The notes beneath the pieces are model-generated. The model did not search any database and was not told the origin of the DNA. It saw only the letters and a program-made list of their open reading frames with translations. Of a DNA stretch of 64,000 bases, positions 45,796 to 60,091 are shown in pieces (positions within the stretch are counted from its first letter, which is position 1; each line of letters opens with the position of its first letter). The position numbers and the translations under genes are program-made. Where the stretch lies: the NCBI RefSeq assembly GCF_056746865.1, contig NZ_CM163382.1; one strand, written 5' to 3'.

Positions 45796-46401
45796 ATGAC
45801 GCTCTACCAGATAAAACCGCTCTTTCAGTCGCTGTTAAGGCCGACGATGTTTTGGCTTCATAAGCTGCAAGTGTCTGCAAATCAGATCACACTTGCCGCT
45901 TTGGCACTTTCTCTTCTCACCGGTTTGTTGTTGGCGTTGGTGCCATATCCTGGCATGTTTCTGCTATTGCCCATCGTGCTTTTTGTCCGTATGGCACTCA
46001 ATGCGCTGGATGGCATGATGGCGCGTGAGTGCAATCAGCAAACACGTCTTGGGGCGATTTTGAATGAAACAGGCGATGTTATTTCCGATATTGCGCTTTA
46101 TTTACCGTTTTTATTTTTACCGGAAAGTAACGCATCACTCGTAATACTCATGTTATTTTGCACCATATTGACCGAGTTTTGCGGTTTACTCGCGCAGACG
46201 ATTAACGGTATTCGTAGTTATGTCGGTCCATTTGGCAAAAGCGATCGCGCGTTAATATTTGGTCTGTGGGGGCTGGCCATTGCCATTTATCCACAATGGA
46301 TGCAATGGAATAATTTTTTATGGAGCATTGCTTCAATTCTGCTTCTCTGGACTGCGATTAATCGTTGTCGGAGTGTGCTTTTTATGAGTGCTGAAAGATA
46401 A
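45796..46401 (+). CDS. ynbA: CDP-alcohol phosphatidyltransferase family membrane protein, 201 aa
   Basis: CDP-OH transferase-like motif (ALDGMMAR...GAILNETGDVISDIALY); first gene of a four-gene cluster. Confidence 0.8.
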   Translation: MTLYQIKPLFQSLLRPTMFWLHKLQVSANQITLAALALSLLTGLLLALVPYPGMFLLLPIVLFVRMALNALDGMMARECNQQTRLGAILNETGDVISDIALYLPFLFLPESNASLVILMLFCTILTEFCGLLAQTINGIRSYVGPFGKSDRALIFGLWGLAIAIYPQWMQWNNFLWSIASILLLWTAINRCRSVLFMSAER

Positions 46402-47297
46402 TGCTGGAAAAATCTCTGGCAACACTTTTCGCGTTGTTAATTTTAGCAACGCTGATAAACCGTTTTCTGGTATGGCGGTTACCGGAGAGAAAAGGGGGGG
46501 AGGTTACATTACGTATTCGTACCTGGTGGGGCATCGTCATTTGTTTTTCACTGGTGATTTCAGGTCCACGCTGGATGACGTTGACGTTTTTTGCGCTGAT
46601 AAGTTTTCTGGCATTGAAAGAATATTGTACGCTTATATCTGTACATTTTCCGCGTTGGTTATATTGGGGTATTCCTCTTAACTATTTGCTTATCGGTTTT
46701 AATTGTTTTGAGCTGTTTCTGTTATTTATACCTTTGGCTGGGTTTCTGATATTAGCCACCTGGCGAGTTTTTGTGGGTGACCCCTCCGGTTGTCTGCATA
46801 CCGTGAGCGCCATTTTTTGGGGCTGGATAATGACCGTTTTCGCCTTGAGTCATGCCGCCTGGTTGTTAATGTTGCCAACCATAAATATCCAGGGCGAGGC
46901 GTTACTGGTGTTATTTCTTTTGGCATTAACCGAGTCAAACGATATTGCACAGTATTTATGGGGGAAATCCTGCGGCAGAAGAAAAGTGGTCCCCAAAGTC
47001 AGCCCGGGAAAAACGCTGGAAGGTCTGGTGGGGGGCGTAATCACTACTATGATTGTGTCACTGATTATTGGACCGTTACTGACACCGCTAAATACATTAC
47101 AGGCATTATTAGCGGGTTTGTTAATTGGTATTAGTGGTTTTTGCGGCGATGTAGTGATGTCAGCCATCAAACGAGATGTTGGAGTTAAAGATAGTGGAAA
47201 ACTATTACCCGGACATGGCGGACTCCTTGACAGGATTGACTCATTAATTTTCACCGCTCCGGTATTTTTTTATTTTATTCGCTACTGCTGTTACTGA
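46401..47297 (+). CDS. ynbB: CDP-diglyceride synthetase (CdsA) paralogue, 298 aa
   Basis: CTP-transferase signature ...SAIKRDVGVKDSGKLLPGHGGLLDRIDSLIF at the C-terminus; TAATG overlap with ynbA. Confidence 0.82.
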   Translation: MLEKSLATLFALLILATLINRFLVWRLPERKGGEVTLRIRTWWGIVICFSLVISGPRWMTLTFFALISFLALKEYCTLISVHFPRWLYWGIPLNYLLIGFNCFELFLLFIPLAGFLILATWRVFVGDPSGCLHTVSAIFWGWIMTVFALSHAAWLLMLPTINIQGEALLVLFLLALTESNDIAQYLWGKSCGRRKVVPKVSPGKTLEGLVGGVITTMIVSLIIGPLLTPLNTLQALLAGLLIGISGFCGDVVMSAIKRDVGVKDSGKLLPGHGGLLDRIDSLIFTAPVFFYFIRYCCY

Positions 47298-47312
47298 AGG
47301 AAAATAGAGAAA

Positions 47313-50376
<3,064 letters not shown>

Positions 50377-50429
50377 GCGGATTGAGATGTGGACTGAATA
50401 TCTACAGTCCACATCAAGATCGTGTCCGG

Positions 50430-51044
<615 letters not shown>

Positions 51045-51235
51045 TTATAGATGTTTGAATGGGCGATGCCCCGTTGCTTGCTGACACTTTATTCACAATC
51101 CTGCCACAGAGATAGCGCAATAAATCGAAGCCTATGTTCGAATTTATTGAACAACGCATAGAAAGCCGCGATGTGGTACTCTATATCTATCATTTAAAAG
51201 AAAATTAATCAGGCAGCCTACTGCCCACTAACGTT

Positions 51236-54200
51236 ATGACAGAACAACAAAAATTGACCTTTACGGCCTTGCAGCAGCGGCTGGATTCGCTGATGCTGCG
51301 CGACAGACAGCGTTTTTCTCGCCGTCTGCACGGTGTTAAGAAGGTTAAAAATCCTGATGCACAACAGGCCATTTTCCAGGAGATGGCGAAAGAGATTGAC
51401 CAGGCGGCAGGGAAAGTCCTGCTGCGTGAAGCGGCACGACCGGAAATCACTTATCCCGACAATTTGCCGGTTAGTCAGAAAAAGCAGGACATTCTCGACG
51501 CGATTCGTGATCACCAGGTGGTGATCGTCGCCGGGGAAACCGGTTCCGGTAAAACGACTCAGCTACCGAAAATCTGTATGGAGCTGGGGCGCGGGATTAA
51601 AGGGCTGATCGGTCATACCCAACCGCGTCGCCTGGCGGCACGAACGGTGGCGAACCGTATTGCGGAAGAGCTGAAAACGGAGCCGGGCGGTTGCATCGGT
51701 TACAAAGTGCGTTTCAGCGATCACGTAAGTGATAACACGATGGTCAAGCTGATGACCGACGGTATCCTGCTGGCGGAGATCCAGCAAGACCGCCTGCTGA
51801 TGCAGTACGACACTATCATTATTGACGAAGCGCACGAACGTAGCCTGAATATCGATTTTCTGCTCGGCTATTTGAAAGAGTTGCTGCCGCGGCGTCCTGA
51901 CCTAAAAATCATTATCACTTCCGCGACTATCGACCCGGAACGCTTTTCGCGCCACTTTAATAATGCGCCGATTATCGAAGTCTCCGGTCGGACCTATCCG
52001 GTGGAAGTGCGCTATCGCCCGATTGTTGAAGAAGCCGATGACACCGAGCGCGATCAGTTGCAGGCGATTTTTGACGCCGTAGACGAACTGAGTCAGGAAA
52101 GCCCTGGCGACATTCTGATCTTTATGAGTGGTGAGCGGGAAATTCGCGATACCGCCGATGCGCTGAACAAGCTGAACTTACGCCATACCGAAATCTTGCC
52201 GCTTTATGCGCGGCTTTCGAACAGCGAACAGAACCGCGTGTTCCAGTCGCACAGCGGACGGCGTATTGTGCTGGCGACCAACGTCGCGGAAACGTCGCTG
52301 ACCGTTCCGGGGATTAAATACGTTATCGACCCAGGTACGGCGCGTATCAGCCGCTACAGCTATCGCACCAAAGTGCAGCGTTTGCCGATTGAGCCCATTT
52401 CGCAGGCGTCTGCCAACCAGCGTAAAGGCCGCTGTGGTCGTGTGTCCGAAGGGATCTGTATTCGTCTCTATTCCGAAGACGATTTCCTCTCGCGCCCGGA
52501 GTTTACCGATCCGGAGATTCTGCGTACCAACCTGGCCTCGGTTATTTTACAGATGACCGCGCTGGGGTTGGGCGATATCGCCGCGTTCCCATTTGTCGAA
52601 GCACCGGATAAACGTAATATCCAGGATGGCGTGCGTCTGCTCGAAGAGCTGGGCGCGATCACCACGGATGAACAGGCCAGCGCCTATAAACTGACACCGC
52701 TCGGTCGCCAGCTTTCGCAATTGCCTGTCGATCCTCGTCTGGCGCGTATGGTGCTGGAAGCGCAAAAACATGGCTGCGTGCGTGAGGCGATGATTATCAC
52801 GTCCGCGCTCTCCATTCAGGATCCGCGCGAGCGTCCGATGGATAAACAGCAGGCATCGGACGAAAAACATCGCCGCTTCCACGACAAAGAATCCGACTTC
52901 CTCGCGTTTGTAAATCTGTGGAATTATCTTGGCGAGCAGCAAAAGGCGCTTTCTTCCAACGCCTTCCGTCGCCTGTGTCGTACCGATTATCTCAACTATC
53001 TGCGCGTGCGCGAATGGCAGGATATCTACACCCAGTTGCGCCAGGTGGTGAAAGAACTTGGCATTCCGGTTAACAGCGAACCGGCGGAGTATCGTGAAAT
53101 TCACATTGCGTTGCTGACGGGTTTACTTTCCCATATCGGCATGAAAGATGCCGATAAACAAGAATATACCGGCGCACGTAACGCGCGTTTCTCCATTTTC
53201 CCCGGTTCCGGCTTATTTAAAAAGCCGCCGAAATGGGTAATGGTGGCGGAACTGGTAGAAACCAGCCGCCTGTGGGGGCGCATTGCGGCACGTATCGACC
53301 CTGAATGGGTAGAACCCGTTGCTCAGCATTTGATTAAACGCACCTACAGCGAACCGCACTGGGAACGGGCGCAGGGCGCGGTGATGGCAACGGAAAAAGT
53401 CACTGTTTATGGTTTGCCGATTGTTGCTGCGCGTAAGGTCAACTACAGCCAGATCGATCCGGCGTTATGTCGTGAACTCTTTATTCGCCACGCGCTGGTG
53501 GAAGGTGACTGGCAGACGCGTCACGCATTCTTCCGTGAAAACCTGAAACTGCGGGCCGAAGTGGAAGAGCTGGAACACAAATCACGTCGCCGCGATATTC
53601 TGGTTGATGACGAAACGCTGTTTGAGTTTTACGACCAGCGCATCAGCCACGATGTGATCTCAGCACGTCACTTCGACAGCTGGTGGAAAAAAGTCAGCCG
53701 CGAAACGCCTGATTTGCTCAACTTTGAAAAGAGCATGTTGATCAAAGAAGGGGCGGAAAAGATCAGCAAGCTGGATTATCCGAACTTCTGGCATCAGGGC
53801 AATCTCAAGCTGCGTTTGAGCTATCAGTTTGAGCCCGGCGCGGATGCTGACGGTGTGACTGTGCATATCCCGCTGCCGTTACTTAACCAGGTTGAGGAGA
53901 GTGGGTTTGAGTGGCAGATCCCCGGCCTGCGTCGTGAACTGATCATCGCACTGATTAAATCATTGCCGAAACCAGTACGCCGTAATTTTGTACCTGCGCC
54001 AAACTATGCCGAAGCGTTTTTAGGCCGCGTCACACCGCTGGAATTGCCGTTGCTCGACAGCCTTGAACGAGAGCTACGGCGGATGACTGGCGTCACCGTT
54101 GACCGCGAAGACTGGCACTGGGATCAGGTGCCCGATCACCTGAAAATCACATTCCGCGTGGTGGATGACAAAAACAAGAAGCTAAAAGAAGGGCGCTCAT

Positions 54201-55138
54201 TACAAGATCTGAAAGATGCTCTGAAAGGCAAAGTACAGGAAACGCTATCTGCCGTGGCGGATGACGGTATCGAGCAGAGTGGCTTACATATCTGGAGTTT
54301 TGGTCAGCTGCCGGAAAGCTACGAACAGAAGCGTGGCAACTACAAAGTGAAGGCGTGGCCAGCGTTGGTGGATGAGCGCGACAGTGTGGCGATCAAACTG
54401 TTTGATAACCCGCTGGAGCAAAAACAGGCAATGTGGAACGGTCTTCGCCGTCTACTGCTGCTGAATATTCCATCGCCGATCAAGTATTTGCATGAGAAGT
54501 TGCCAAACAAAGCCAAACTTGGGCTGTACTTTAACCCGTATGGCAAAGTGCTGGAGCTGATAGACGACTGTATCTCCTGCGGTGTGGATCAACTGATCGA
54601 CGCCAATGGTGGCCCGGTCTGGACGGAAGAAGGTTTTGCTGCGCTGCATGAAAAAGTCCGTGCTGAACTGAACGACACGGTGGTGGATATTGCGAAGCAG
54701 GTCGAGCAAATCCTTACTGCGGTGTTCAATATCAATAAACGTCTGAAAGGGCGGGTGGATATGACCATGGCGCTGGGGCTTTCTGACATTAAAGCGCAGA
54801 TGGGCGGGTTGGTATATCGCGGTTTCGTCACTGGTAACGGCTTCAAACGGTTGGGCGACACGCTGCGTTATTTGCAGGCGATTGAAAAACGGCTGGAAAA
54901 ACTGGCGGTTGACCCACATCGCGACCGAGCTCAGATGCTGAAAGTCGAAAATGTCCAGCAGGCGTGGCAGCAATGGATCAACAAACTGCCGCCCGCACGT
55001 CGTGAGGATGAAGACGTGAAAGAGATCCGCTGGATGATAGAAGAGCTGCGCGTTAGTTACTTCGCTCAACAACTTGGTACGCCTTATCCGATTTCAGATA
55101 AGCGTATTTTGCAGGCGATGGAGCAGATTAGCGGTTAA
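51236..55138 (+). CDS. hrpA: ATP-dependent DEAH-box RNA helicase HrpA, 1300 aa
   Basis: Walker A GETGSGKTTQ, DEAH (IIDEAHERS), HA2/OB domains. Confidence 0.93.
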   Translation: MTEQQKLTFTALQQRLDSLMLRDRQRFSRRLHGVKKVKNPDAQQAIFQEMAKEIDQAAGKVLLREAARPEITYPDNLPVSQKKQDILDAIRDHQVVIVAGETGSGKTTQLPKICMELGRGIKGLIGHTQPRRLAARTVANRIAEELKTEPGGCIGYKVRFSDHVSDNTMVKLMTDGILLAEIQQDRLLMQYDTIIIDEAHERSLNIDFLLGYLKELLPRRPDLKIIITSATIDPERFSRHFNNAPIIEVSGRTYPVEVRYRPIVEEADDTERDQLQAIFDAVDELSQESPGDILIFMSGEREIRDTADALNKLNLRHTEILPLYARLSNSEQNRVFQSHSGRRIVLATNVAETSLTVPGIKYVIDPGTARISRYSYRTKVQRLPIEPISQASANQRKGRCGRVSEGICIRLYSEDDFLSRPEFTDPEILRTNLASVILQMTALGLGDIAAFPFVEAPDKRNIQDGVRLLEELGAITTDEQASAYKLTPLGRQLSQLPVDPRLARMVLEAQKHGCVREAMIITSALSIQDPRERPMDKQQASDEKHRRFHDKESDFLAFVNLWNYLGEQQKALSSNAFRRLCRTDYLNYLRVREWQDIYTQLRQVVKELGIPVNSEPAEYREIHIALLTGLLSHIGMKDADKQEYTGARNARFSIFPGSGLFKKPPKWVMVAELVETSRLWGRIAARIDPEWVEPVAQHLIKRTYSEPHWERAQGAVMATEKVTVYGLPIVAARKVNYSQIDPALCRELFIRHALVEGDWQTRHAFFRENLKLRAEVEELEHKSRRRDILVDDETLFEFYDQRISHDVISARHFDSWWKKVSRETPDLLNFEKSMLIKEGAEKISKLDYPNFWHQGNLKLRLSYQFEPGADADGVTVHIPLPLLNQVEESGFEWQIPGLRRELIIALIKSLPKPVRRNFVPAPNYAEAFLGRVTPLELPLLDSLERELRRMTGVTVDREDWHWDQVPDHLKITFRVVDDKNKKLKEGRSLQDLKDALKGKVQETLSAVADDGIEQSGLHIWSFGQLPESYEQKRGNYKVKAWPALVDERDSVAIKLFDNPLEQKQAMWNGLRRLLLLNIPSPIKYLHEKLPNKAKLGLYFNPYGKVLELIDDCISCGVDQLIDANGGPVWTEEGFAALHEKVRAELNDTVVDIAKQVEQILTAVFNINKRLKGRVDMTMALGLSDIKAQMGGLVYRGFVTGNGFKRLGDTLRYLQAIEKRLEKLAVDPHRDRAQMLKVENVQQAWQQWINKLPPARREDEDVKEIRWMIEELRVSYFAQQLGTPYPISDKRILQAMEQISG

Positions 55139-55162
55139 CACTGCTATTTGCCTGATAAATCT

Positions 55163-55197
55163 AAAACCCGGTAAGCATTTAGCGCCGGGTTTTTTCT
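55163..55197 (+). terminator. Rho-independent terminator downstream of hrpA
   Basis: aaaacccggt-aagcatttagcg-ccgggtttttt hairpin plus T-tract. Confidence 0.7.
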
Positions 55198-55243
55198 TTA
55201 TGAATTCTGAAAAATAGCAAGGGAGATACTCCTTACGTGCTTA

Positions 55244-55543
55244 TTACAAATCTGCTTGATGAGGACGATATACTGGATACCAAATATTACTGCAACAAAG
55301 AACTTCACTGTTTTTGTCAGAAATAAAAATCGTAATTTCCATATCATCCCAACCTTTAACATCTCTGACTACCATCCATAATGGAATATCAAGGCCGTAT
55401 GATTTCATACCATCAGGAAGAAATTTAATAGCAGTGATTTTGTATGCCAGCGAGCCATTAAGATTATACTTTTTACAATATTTTTCTGCTATCGAATTCA
55501 CTTTGTTTTCAGTAAGAATAGGAGCGATTATTTTATTATTCAT
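55244..55543 (-). CDS. Hypothetical small protein (99 aa), AT-rich, translationally coupled to the upstream SUKH-like gene
   Basis: start ATG overlaps upstream stop (ATGA); GGAG 4 nt upstream; translation MNNKIIAPILTENKVNSIAEKYCKKYNLNGSLAYKITAIKFLPDGMKSYGLDIP...; no family recognised. Confidence 0.5.
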   Translation of the reverse strand: MNNKIIAPILTENKVNSIAEKYCKKYNLNGSLAYKITAIKFLPDGMKSYGLDIPLWMVVRDVKGWDDMEITIFISDKNSEVLCCSNIWYPVYRPHQADL

Positions 55544-56034
55544 GAGACTCCACATTGCTGTAAATAAAGAATAATTTCAACTTGCATTTCCACTAACTCA
55601 CCAAAATTTTCAAAGCATAACTCACAAGGGAAATCACCGACATCATCGGAAAATATACCAAAATCATGAATGAGAATATAAATTTTTAGGCTGTTGCGGT
55701 CAAGAAAAGCTACACTCCCATCGCCAAAACTGCCAACAGGAAAAGGATCAATGTTGTTCAATAATGGATATTCTTTTTTATAATCTTCCCATTGTTGCAA
55801 AAATAGAGGGTAATATCTGTCCAGATCCTTCAAAGTATAAATTTGAGGATCGACAAAATGACATGCGCCAAAATGAGACAATAACTGCCGATAGTCTTTT
55901 GGAATATGTGTTGCGTATTTATCCTCAAATAAAAGAAGGTTATCTTCAGTTTCCGGAGCGGTTACGCAACCTGTAAGTCCTGTTGTTTTTACGGCAGGCC
56001 AGGCGGTTTCTAAAATTTGAAACATTTTTTCCAT
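55540..56034 (-). CDS. SUKH/Smi1-Knr4-like putative immunity protein (164 aa)
   Basis: motifs resembling SUKH-1: ...HIPKDYRQLLSHFGACHF... and ...PFPVGSFGDGSVAFLDRNSLKIYILIHD...; AT-rich relative to flanks. Confidence 0.55.
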   Translation of the reverse strand: MEKMFQILETAWPAVKTTGLTGCVTAPETEDNLLLFEDKYATHIPKDYRQLLSHFGACHFVDPQIYTLKDLDRYYPLFLQQWEDYKKEYPLLNNIDPFPVGSFGDGSVAFLDRNSLKIYILIHDFGIFSDDVGDFPCELCFENFGELVEMQVEIILYLQQCGVS

Positions 56035-56423
56035 GTATGTTTCTCGACATATAGTATTATGTTGATGAATAAAAAGGACAATTTGTCTCCTTAGACGGAT
56101 AGTAGTTTATAGCTCAGGCCAGATATTATTCAATTTAAATTTAAGGATTTCCCATTAATGAGCGTGTTGCAAATGTTCCCATTGATTGAGAAATATAAGA
56201 ATGAATATTTCATAAATATCACACCAACTTATCTGTCACTTAAAAATGATAGAACATTATGTTATTGATGTTTTATCAACAGTTTCTCCGCAAATACAGT
56301 ATGACTAAAACCAGTGTCTGGTTCGCGATGGCGCGATAGAAAAAGGATCATCTTCCTTTCAGAGTGCTCCGCTTCTCACTATTATCTCACGCAGTATTCT
56401 TAAAGGAACGATAAGGAGGAACC

Positions 56424-57224
56424 ATGAACATTACCCCGTTTCCGACGCTTTCGCCGGCAACCATAGATGCTATAAATGTTATCGGACAGTGGCTGGCGCA
56501 GGATGATTTCTCCGGTGAGGTGCCGTATCAGGCCGATTGCGTGATCCTTGCAGGCAATGCGGTTATGCCGACTATCGACGCGGCATGTAAGATTGCTCGC
56601 GATCAGCAAATTCCTTTACTGATTAGTGGTGGTATCGGTCACTCGACAACTTTTTTGTATAGCGCCATCGCACAGCATCCGCACTACAACACTATCCGCA
56701 CCACTGGCAGAGCAGAAGCGACCATCCTGGCGGATATCGCTCATCAGTTCTGGCATATTCCGCATGAAAAAATCTGGATTGAAGACCAGTCAACAAACTG
56801 TGGTGAAAACGCACGCTTTAGCATCGCGCTATTGAATCAGGCCGTAGAACGAGTTCACACAGCTATCGTTGTTCAGGACCCCACCATGCAGCGGCGCACG
56901 ATGGCGACGTTCCGCCGTATGACCGGGGACAATCCCGATGCACCACGCTGGTTGAGTTATCCCGGATTCGTTCCTCAGTTAGGAAATAACGCAGACAGTG
57001 TAATCTTTATTAATCAGTTACAAGGATTATGGCCGGTTGAGCGTTATCTATCACTACTCACTGGCGAGCTGCCGCGTTTACACGATGATAGCGATGGCTA
57101 CGGTCCCCGCGGGCGAGATTTTATTGTTCACGTTGATTTTCCGGCAGAAGTCATCCAGGCATGGCAAACGCTGAAACACGATGCGGTGCTCATCGAGGCG
57201 ATGGAAAGTCGCTCGTTACGTTAA
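56424..57224 (+). CDS. ydcF: DUF218 (YdcF) family protein, 266 aa
   Basis: strong SD AAGGAGG upstream; synteny between hrpA and aldA. Confidence 0.85.
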   Translation: MNITPFPTLSPATIDAINVIGQWLAQDDFSGEVPYQADCVILAGNAVMPTIDAACKIARDQQIPLLISGGIGHSTTFLYSAIAQHPHYNTIRTTGRAEATILADIAHQFWHIPHEKIWIEDQSTNCGENARFSIALLNQAVERVHTAIVVQDPTMQRRTMATFRRMTGDNPDAPRWLSYPGFVPQLGNNADSVIFINQLQGLWPVERYLSLLTGELPRLHDDSDGYGPRGRDFIVHVDFPAEVIQAWQTLKHDAVLIEAMESRSLR

Positions 57225-57420
57225 AAATTGCCCGTTTGTGAACCACTTGTTTGCAAACGGGCATGACTCCTGACGTTTATTTCTGCCTTTTATTCCTTTT
57301 ACACTTGTTTTTATGAAGCCCTTCACAGAATTGTCCTTTCACGATGCCGTCTCTATGATGATTGATGTTAATTAACAATGCATTTACCAAAAACAAACAT
57401 ATAAATCACAGGAGTCGCCC

Positions 57421-58860
57421 ATGTCAGTACCCGTTCAACATCCTATGTATATCGATGGACAGTTTGTTACCTGGCGTGGAGACGCATGGATTGATGTGGT
57501 AAACCCTGCTACAGAGGCGGTCATTTCCCGCATACCCGATGGTCAGGCCGAGGATGCCCGTAAGGCAATCGATGCAGCAGAACGTGCACAACCAGAATGG
57601 GAAGCGTTGCCTGCCATTGAACGCGCCAGTTGGTTGCGCAAAATCTCCGCCGGGATCCGCGAACGCGCCGGTGAAATCAGTGCGCTGATTGTTGAAGAAG
57701 GGGGCAAGATCCAGCAGCTGGCTGAAGTTGAAGTGGCTTTTACTGCGGACTATATCGATTACATGGCGGAGTGGGCACGGCGTTATGAAGGTGAGATTAT
57801 TCAAAGCGATCGTCCAGGAGAAAATATTCTTCTGTTTAAACGTGCGCTTGGCGTGACTACCGGCATTCTGCCGTGGAACTTCCCGTTCTTCCTCATTGCC
57901 CGCAAAATGGCTCCCGCTCTTTTGACCGGTAATACCATCGTCATTAAACCCAGTGAATTTACACCAAACAATGCGATTGCTTTTGCCAAAATTGTCGATG
58001 AAATAGGCCTTCCACGCGGTGTGTTTAACCTTGTGCTGGGGCGTGGTGAAACCGTTGGGCAAGAACTGGCGGGTAACCCAAAGGTCGCAATGGTCAGTAT
58101 GACAGGCAGCGTCTCTGCAGGTGAAAAGATCATGGCGACTGCAGCAAAAAACATCACAAAAGTGTGTCTGGAATTGGGTGGTAAAGCACCAGCTATCGTA
58201 ATGGACGATGCCGATCTTGAACTGGCAGTCAAAGCCATCGTTGATTCACGCGTCATTAATAGTGGACAAGTGTGTAACTGTGCAGAACGTGTTTATGTAC
58301 AGAAAGGCATTTATGATCAGTTCGTCAATCGGCTGGGTGAAGCGATGCAGGCGGTGCAATTTGGTAACCCCGCTGAGCGCAACGACATTGCGATGGGGCC
58401 GTTGATTAACGCCGCGGCGCTGGAAAGGGTCGAGCAAAAAGTGGCGCGCGCAGTAGAAGAGGGGGCGAGAGTGGCGTTGGGGGGCAAGGCAGTAGAGGGG
58501 AAAGGATATTATTATCCGCCGACATTGCTGCTGGATGTTCGCCAGGAAATGTCGATTATGCACGAGGAAACCTTTGGCCCGGTGCTGCCAGTGGTCGCAT
58601 TTGACACGCTGGAAGAGGCTATCTCAATGGCTAATGACAGTGATTACGGCCTGACCTCATCACTCTATACCCAAAATCTGAACGTCGCGATGAAAGCCAT
58701 TAAAGGGCTGAAGTTTGGTGAAACTTACATCAACCGTGAAAACTTCGAAGCTATGCAAGGATTCCACGCCGGATGGCGTAAATCCGGTATTGGCGGCGCA
58801 GATGGCAAACATGGCCTGCATGAATACCTGCAGACCCAGGTGGTTTATTTACAGTCGTAA
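57421..58860 (+). CDS. aldA: Lactaldehyde dehydrogenase (NAD-dependent aldehyde dehydrogenase), 479 aa
   Basis: ALDH catalytic motifs (ELGGKAP, Cys in QVCNCAERVYV). Confidence 0.93.
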   Translation: MSVPVQHPMYIDGQFVTWRGDAWIDVVNPATEAVISRIPDGQAEDARKAIDAAERAQPEWEALPAIERASWLRKISAGIRERAGEISALIVEEGGKIQQLAEVEVAFTADYIDYMAEWARRYEGEIIQSDRPGENILLFKRALGVTTGILPWNFPFFLIARKMAPALLTGNTIVIKPSEFTPNNAIAFAKIVDEIGLPRGVFNLVLGRGETVGQELAGNPKVAMVSMTGSVSAGEKIMATAAKNITKVCLELGGKAPAIVMDDADLELAVKAIVDSRVINSGQVCNCAERVYVQKGIYDQFVNRLGEAMQAVQFGNPAERNDIAMGPLINAAALERVEQKVARAVEEGARVALGGKAVEGKGYYYPPTLLLDVRQEMSIMHEETFGPVLPVVAFDTLEEAISMANDSDYGLTSSLYTQNLNVAMKAIKGLKFGETYINRENFEAMQGFHAGWRKSGIGGADGKHGLHEYLQTQVVYLQS

Positions 58861-58901
58861 TGAGTGAAAGAGGCGGAGGTTTTTTCCTCCGCCTGTGTGC
58901 G

Positions 58902-59903
58902 TCAGAGTTTAGCGAATTTTTCGAGGGTGCGAATGAGCTGTGTGACGAAGCCATATTCGTTATCGTACCAGGCGACCGTTTTCACCAGTTGTAAATCGCC
59001 CACGGCGGTAATTTCGGTTTGCGTGGCATCAAACACCGACCCGAAATGGCTGCCTATGATATCAGAAGAGACTATTTCTTCATCGGTATAACCAAATGAC
59101 TCGTTATTGTTTGTCGCGTTTTTAAGCGCGTTGTTCACCTCTTCGGCAGTCACTTTTTTTCCAAGAATAGACACCAGTTCAGTCACCGAACCGGTTTTCA
59201 CGGGTACGCGTTGTGCATGACCTTTCAGTTTGCCGCTCAGTTCTGGGATCACCAGACCAATGGCTTTTGCCGCCCCCGTAGTGTGGGGAATGATATTTTC
59301 TGCCGCTGCACGTGAAGCGCGTAGATCTTTACCACGCGGGCCATCCACCAGTGACTGAGTGCCGGTATAGGCATGAATGGTCGTCATCGTGCCGACTTCT
59401 ATTCCGAAACTGTCGTGCAAGGCTTTGGCCATCGGTGCAAGACAATTAGTGGTGCATGACGCCACGGAAACAATGGTGTCGTTGCCATCCAGTGTGTCGT
59501 CATTGACGTTATAAACGATGGTTTTCATTTCACCGGCAGGGGCGGAAATCAACACCTTCTTCGCACCAGCATCAAGATGCGCCTGCGATTTCTCGGCGGA
59601 GGTATAAAAGCCAGTACATTCGACAATGATTTCTGCGCCTTTCGCTTTCCACGGAATATTTTTAGCCTCTTTTTCGGCGTAAACCGCGATACTTTTCCCA
59701 TCAACGATAAGTGAATCTTCCGTAAAATCAACGCGCCAGGGGAACGGTCCATAGTTTGAATCATGTTTCAGCAGGTAGGCGAGAATTTTTGGGGAAGTGA
59801 GATCATTAATAGCGACAACATCTATGTTGCTTTTGACTTCAAGTAATCGACGCAATACCAGTCGACCGATACGACCAAAACCGTTAATACCAACTTTACT
59901 CAT
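58902..59903 (-). CDS. gapC: Glyceraldehyde-3-phosphate dehydrogenase paralogue, 333 aa, uninterrupted
   Basis: N-terminal NAD-binding [10 protein letters not shown], catalytic SCTTNCLAP; one continuous frame. Confidence 0.88.
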   Translation of the reverse strand: MSKVGINGFGRIGRLVLRRLLEVKSNIDVVAINDLTSPKILAYLLKHDSNYGPFPWRVDFTEDSLIVDGKSIAVYAEKEAKNIPWKAKGAEIIVECTGFYTSAEKSQAHLDAGAKKVLISAPAGEMKTIVYNVNDDTLDGNDTIVSVASCTTNCLAPMAKALHDSFGIEVGTMTTIHAYTGTQSLVDGPRGKDLRASRAAAENIIPHTTGAAKAIGLVIPELSGKLKGHAQRVPVKTGSVTELVSILGKKVTAEEVNNALKNATNNNESFGYTDEEIVSSDIIGSHFGSVFDATQTEITAVGDLQLVKTVAWYDNEYGFVTQLIRTLEKFAKL

Positions 59904-60091
59904 GGTTTTCTCCTGTCAGGAACGTTCGGATGAAAATTGATCCTTTCCAGGCTTAGACCAGGATGGCGGGATGGGCAATCTACATTCTTGCCGTGAAACG
60001 TAACGTACTGAAAACGGGTGAACAATATTTAATGAAATTTTAAGAAAAGCTCGTTATGTTAACGGAAAATTGTTTTAAAGCAGGAAATGTT

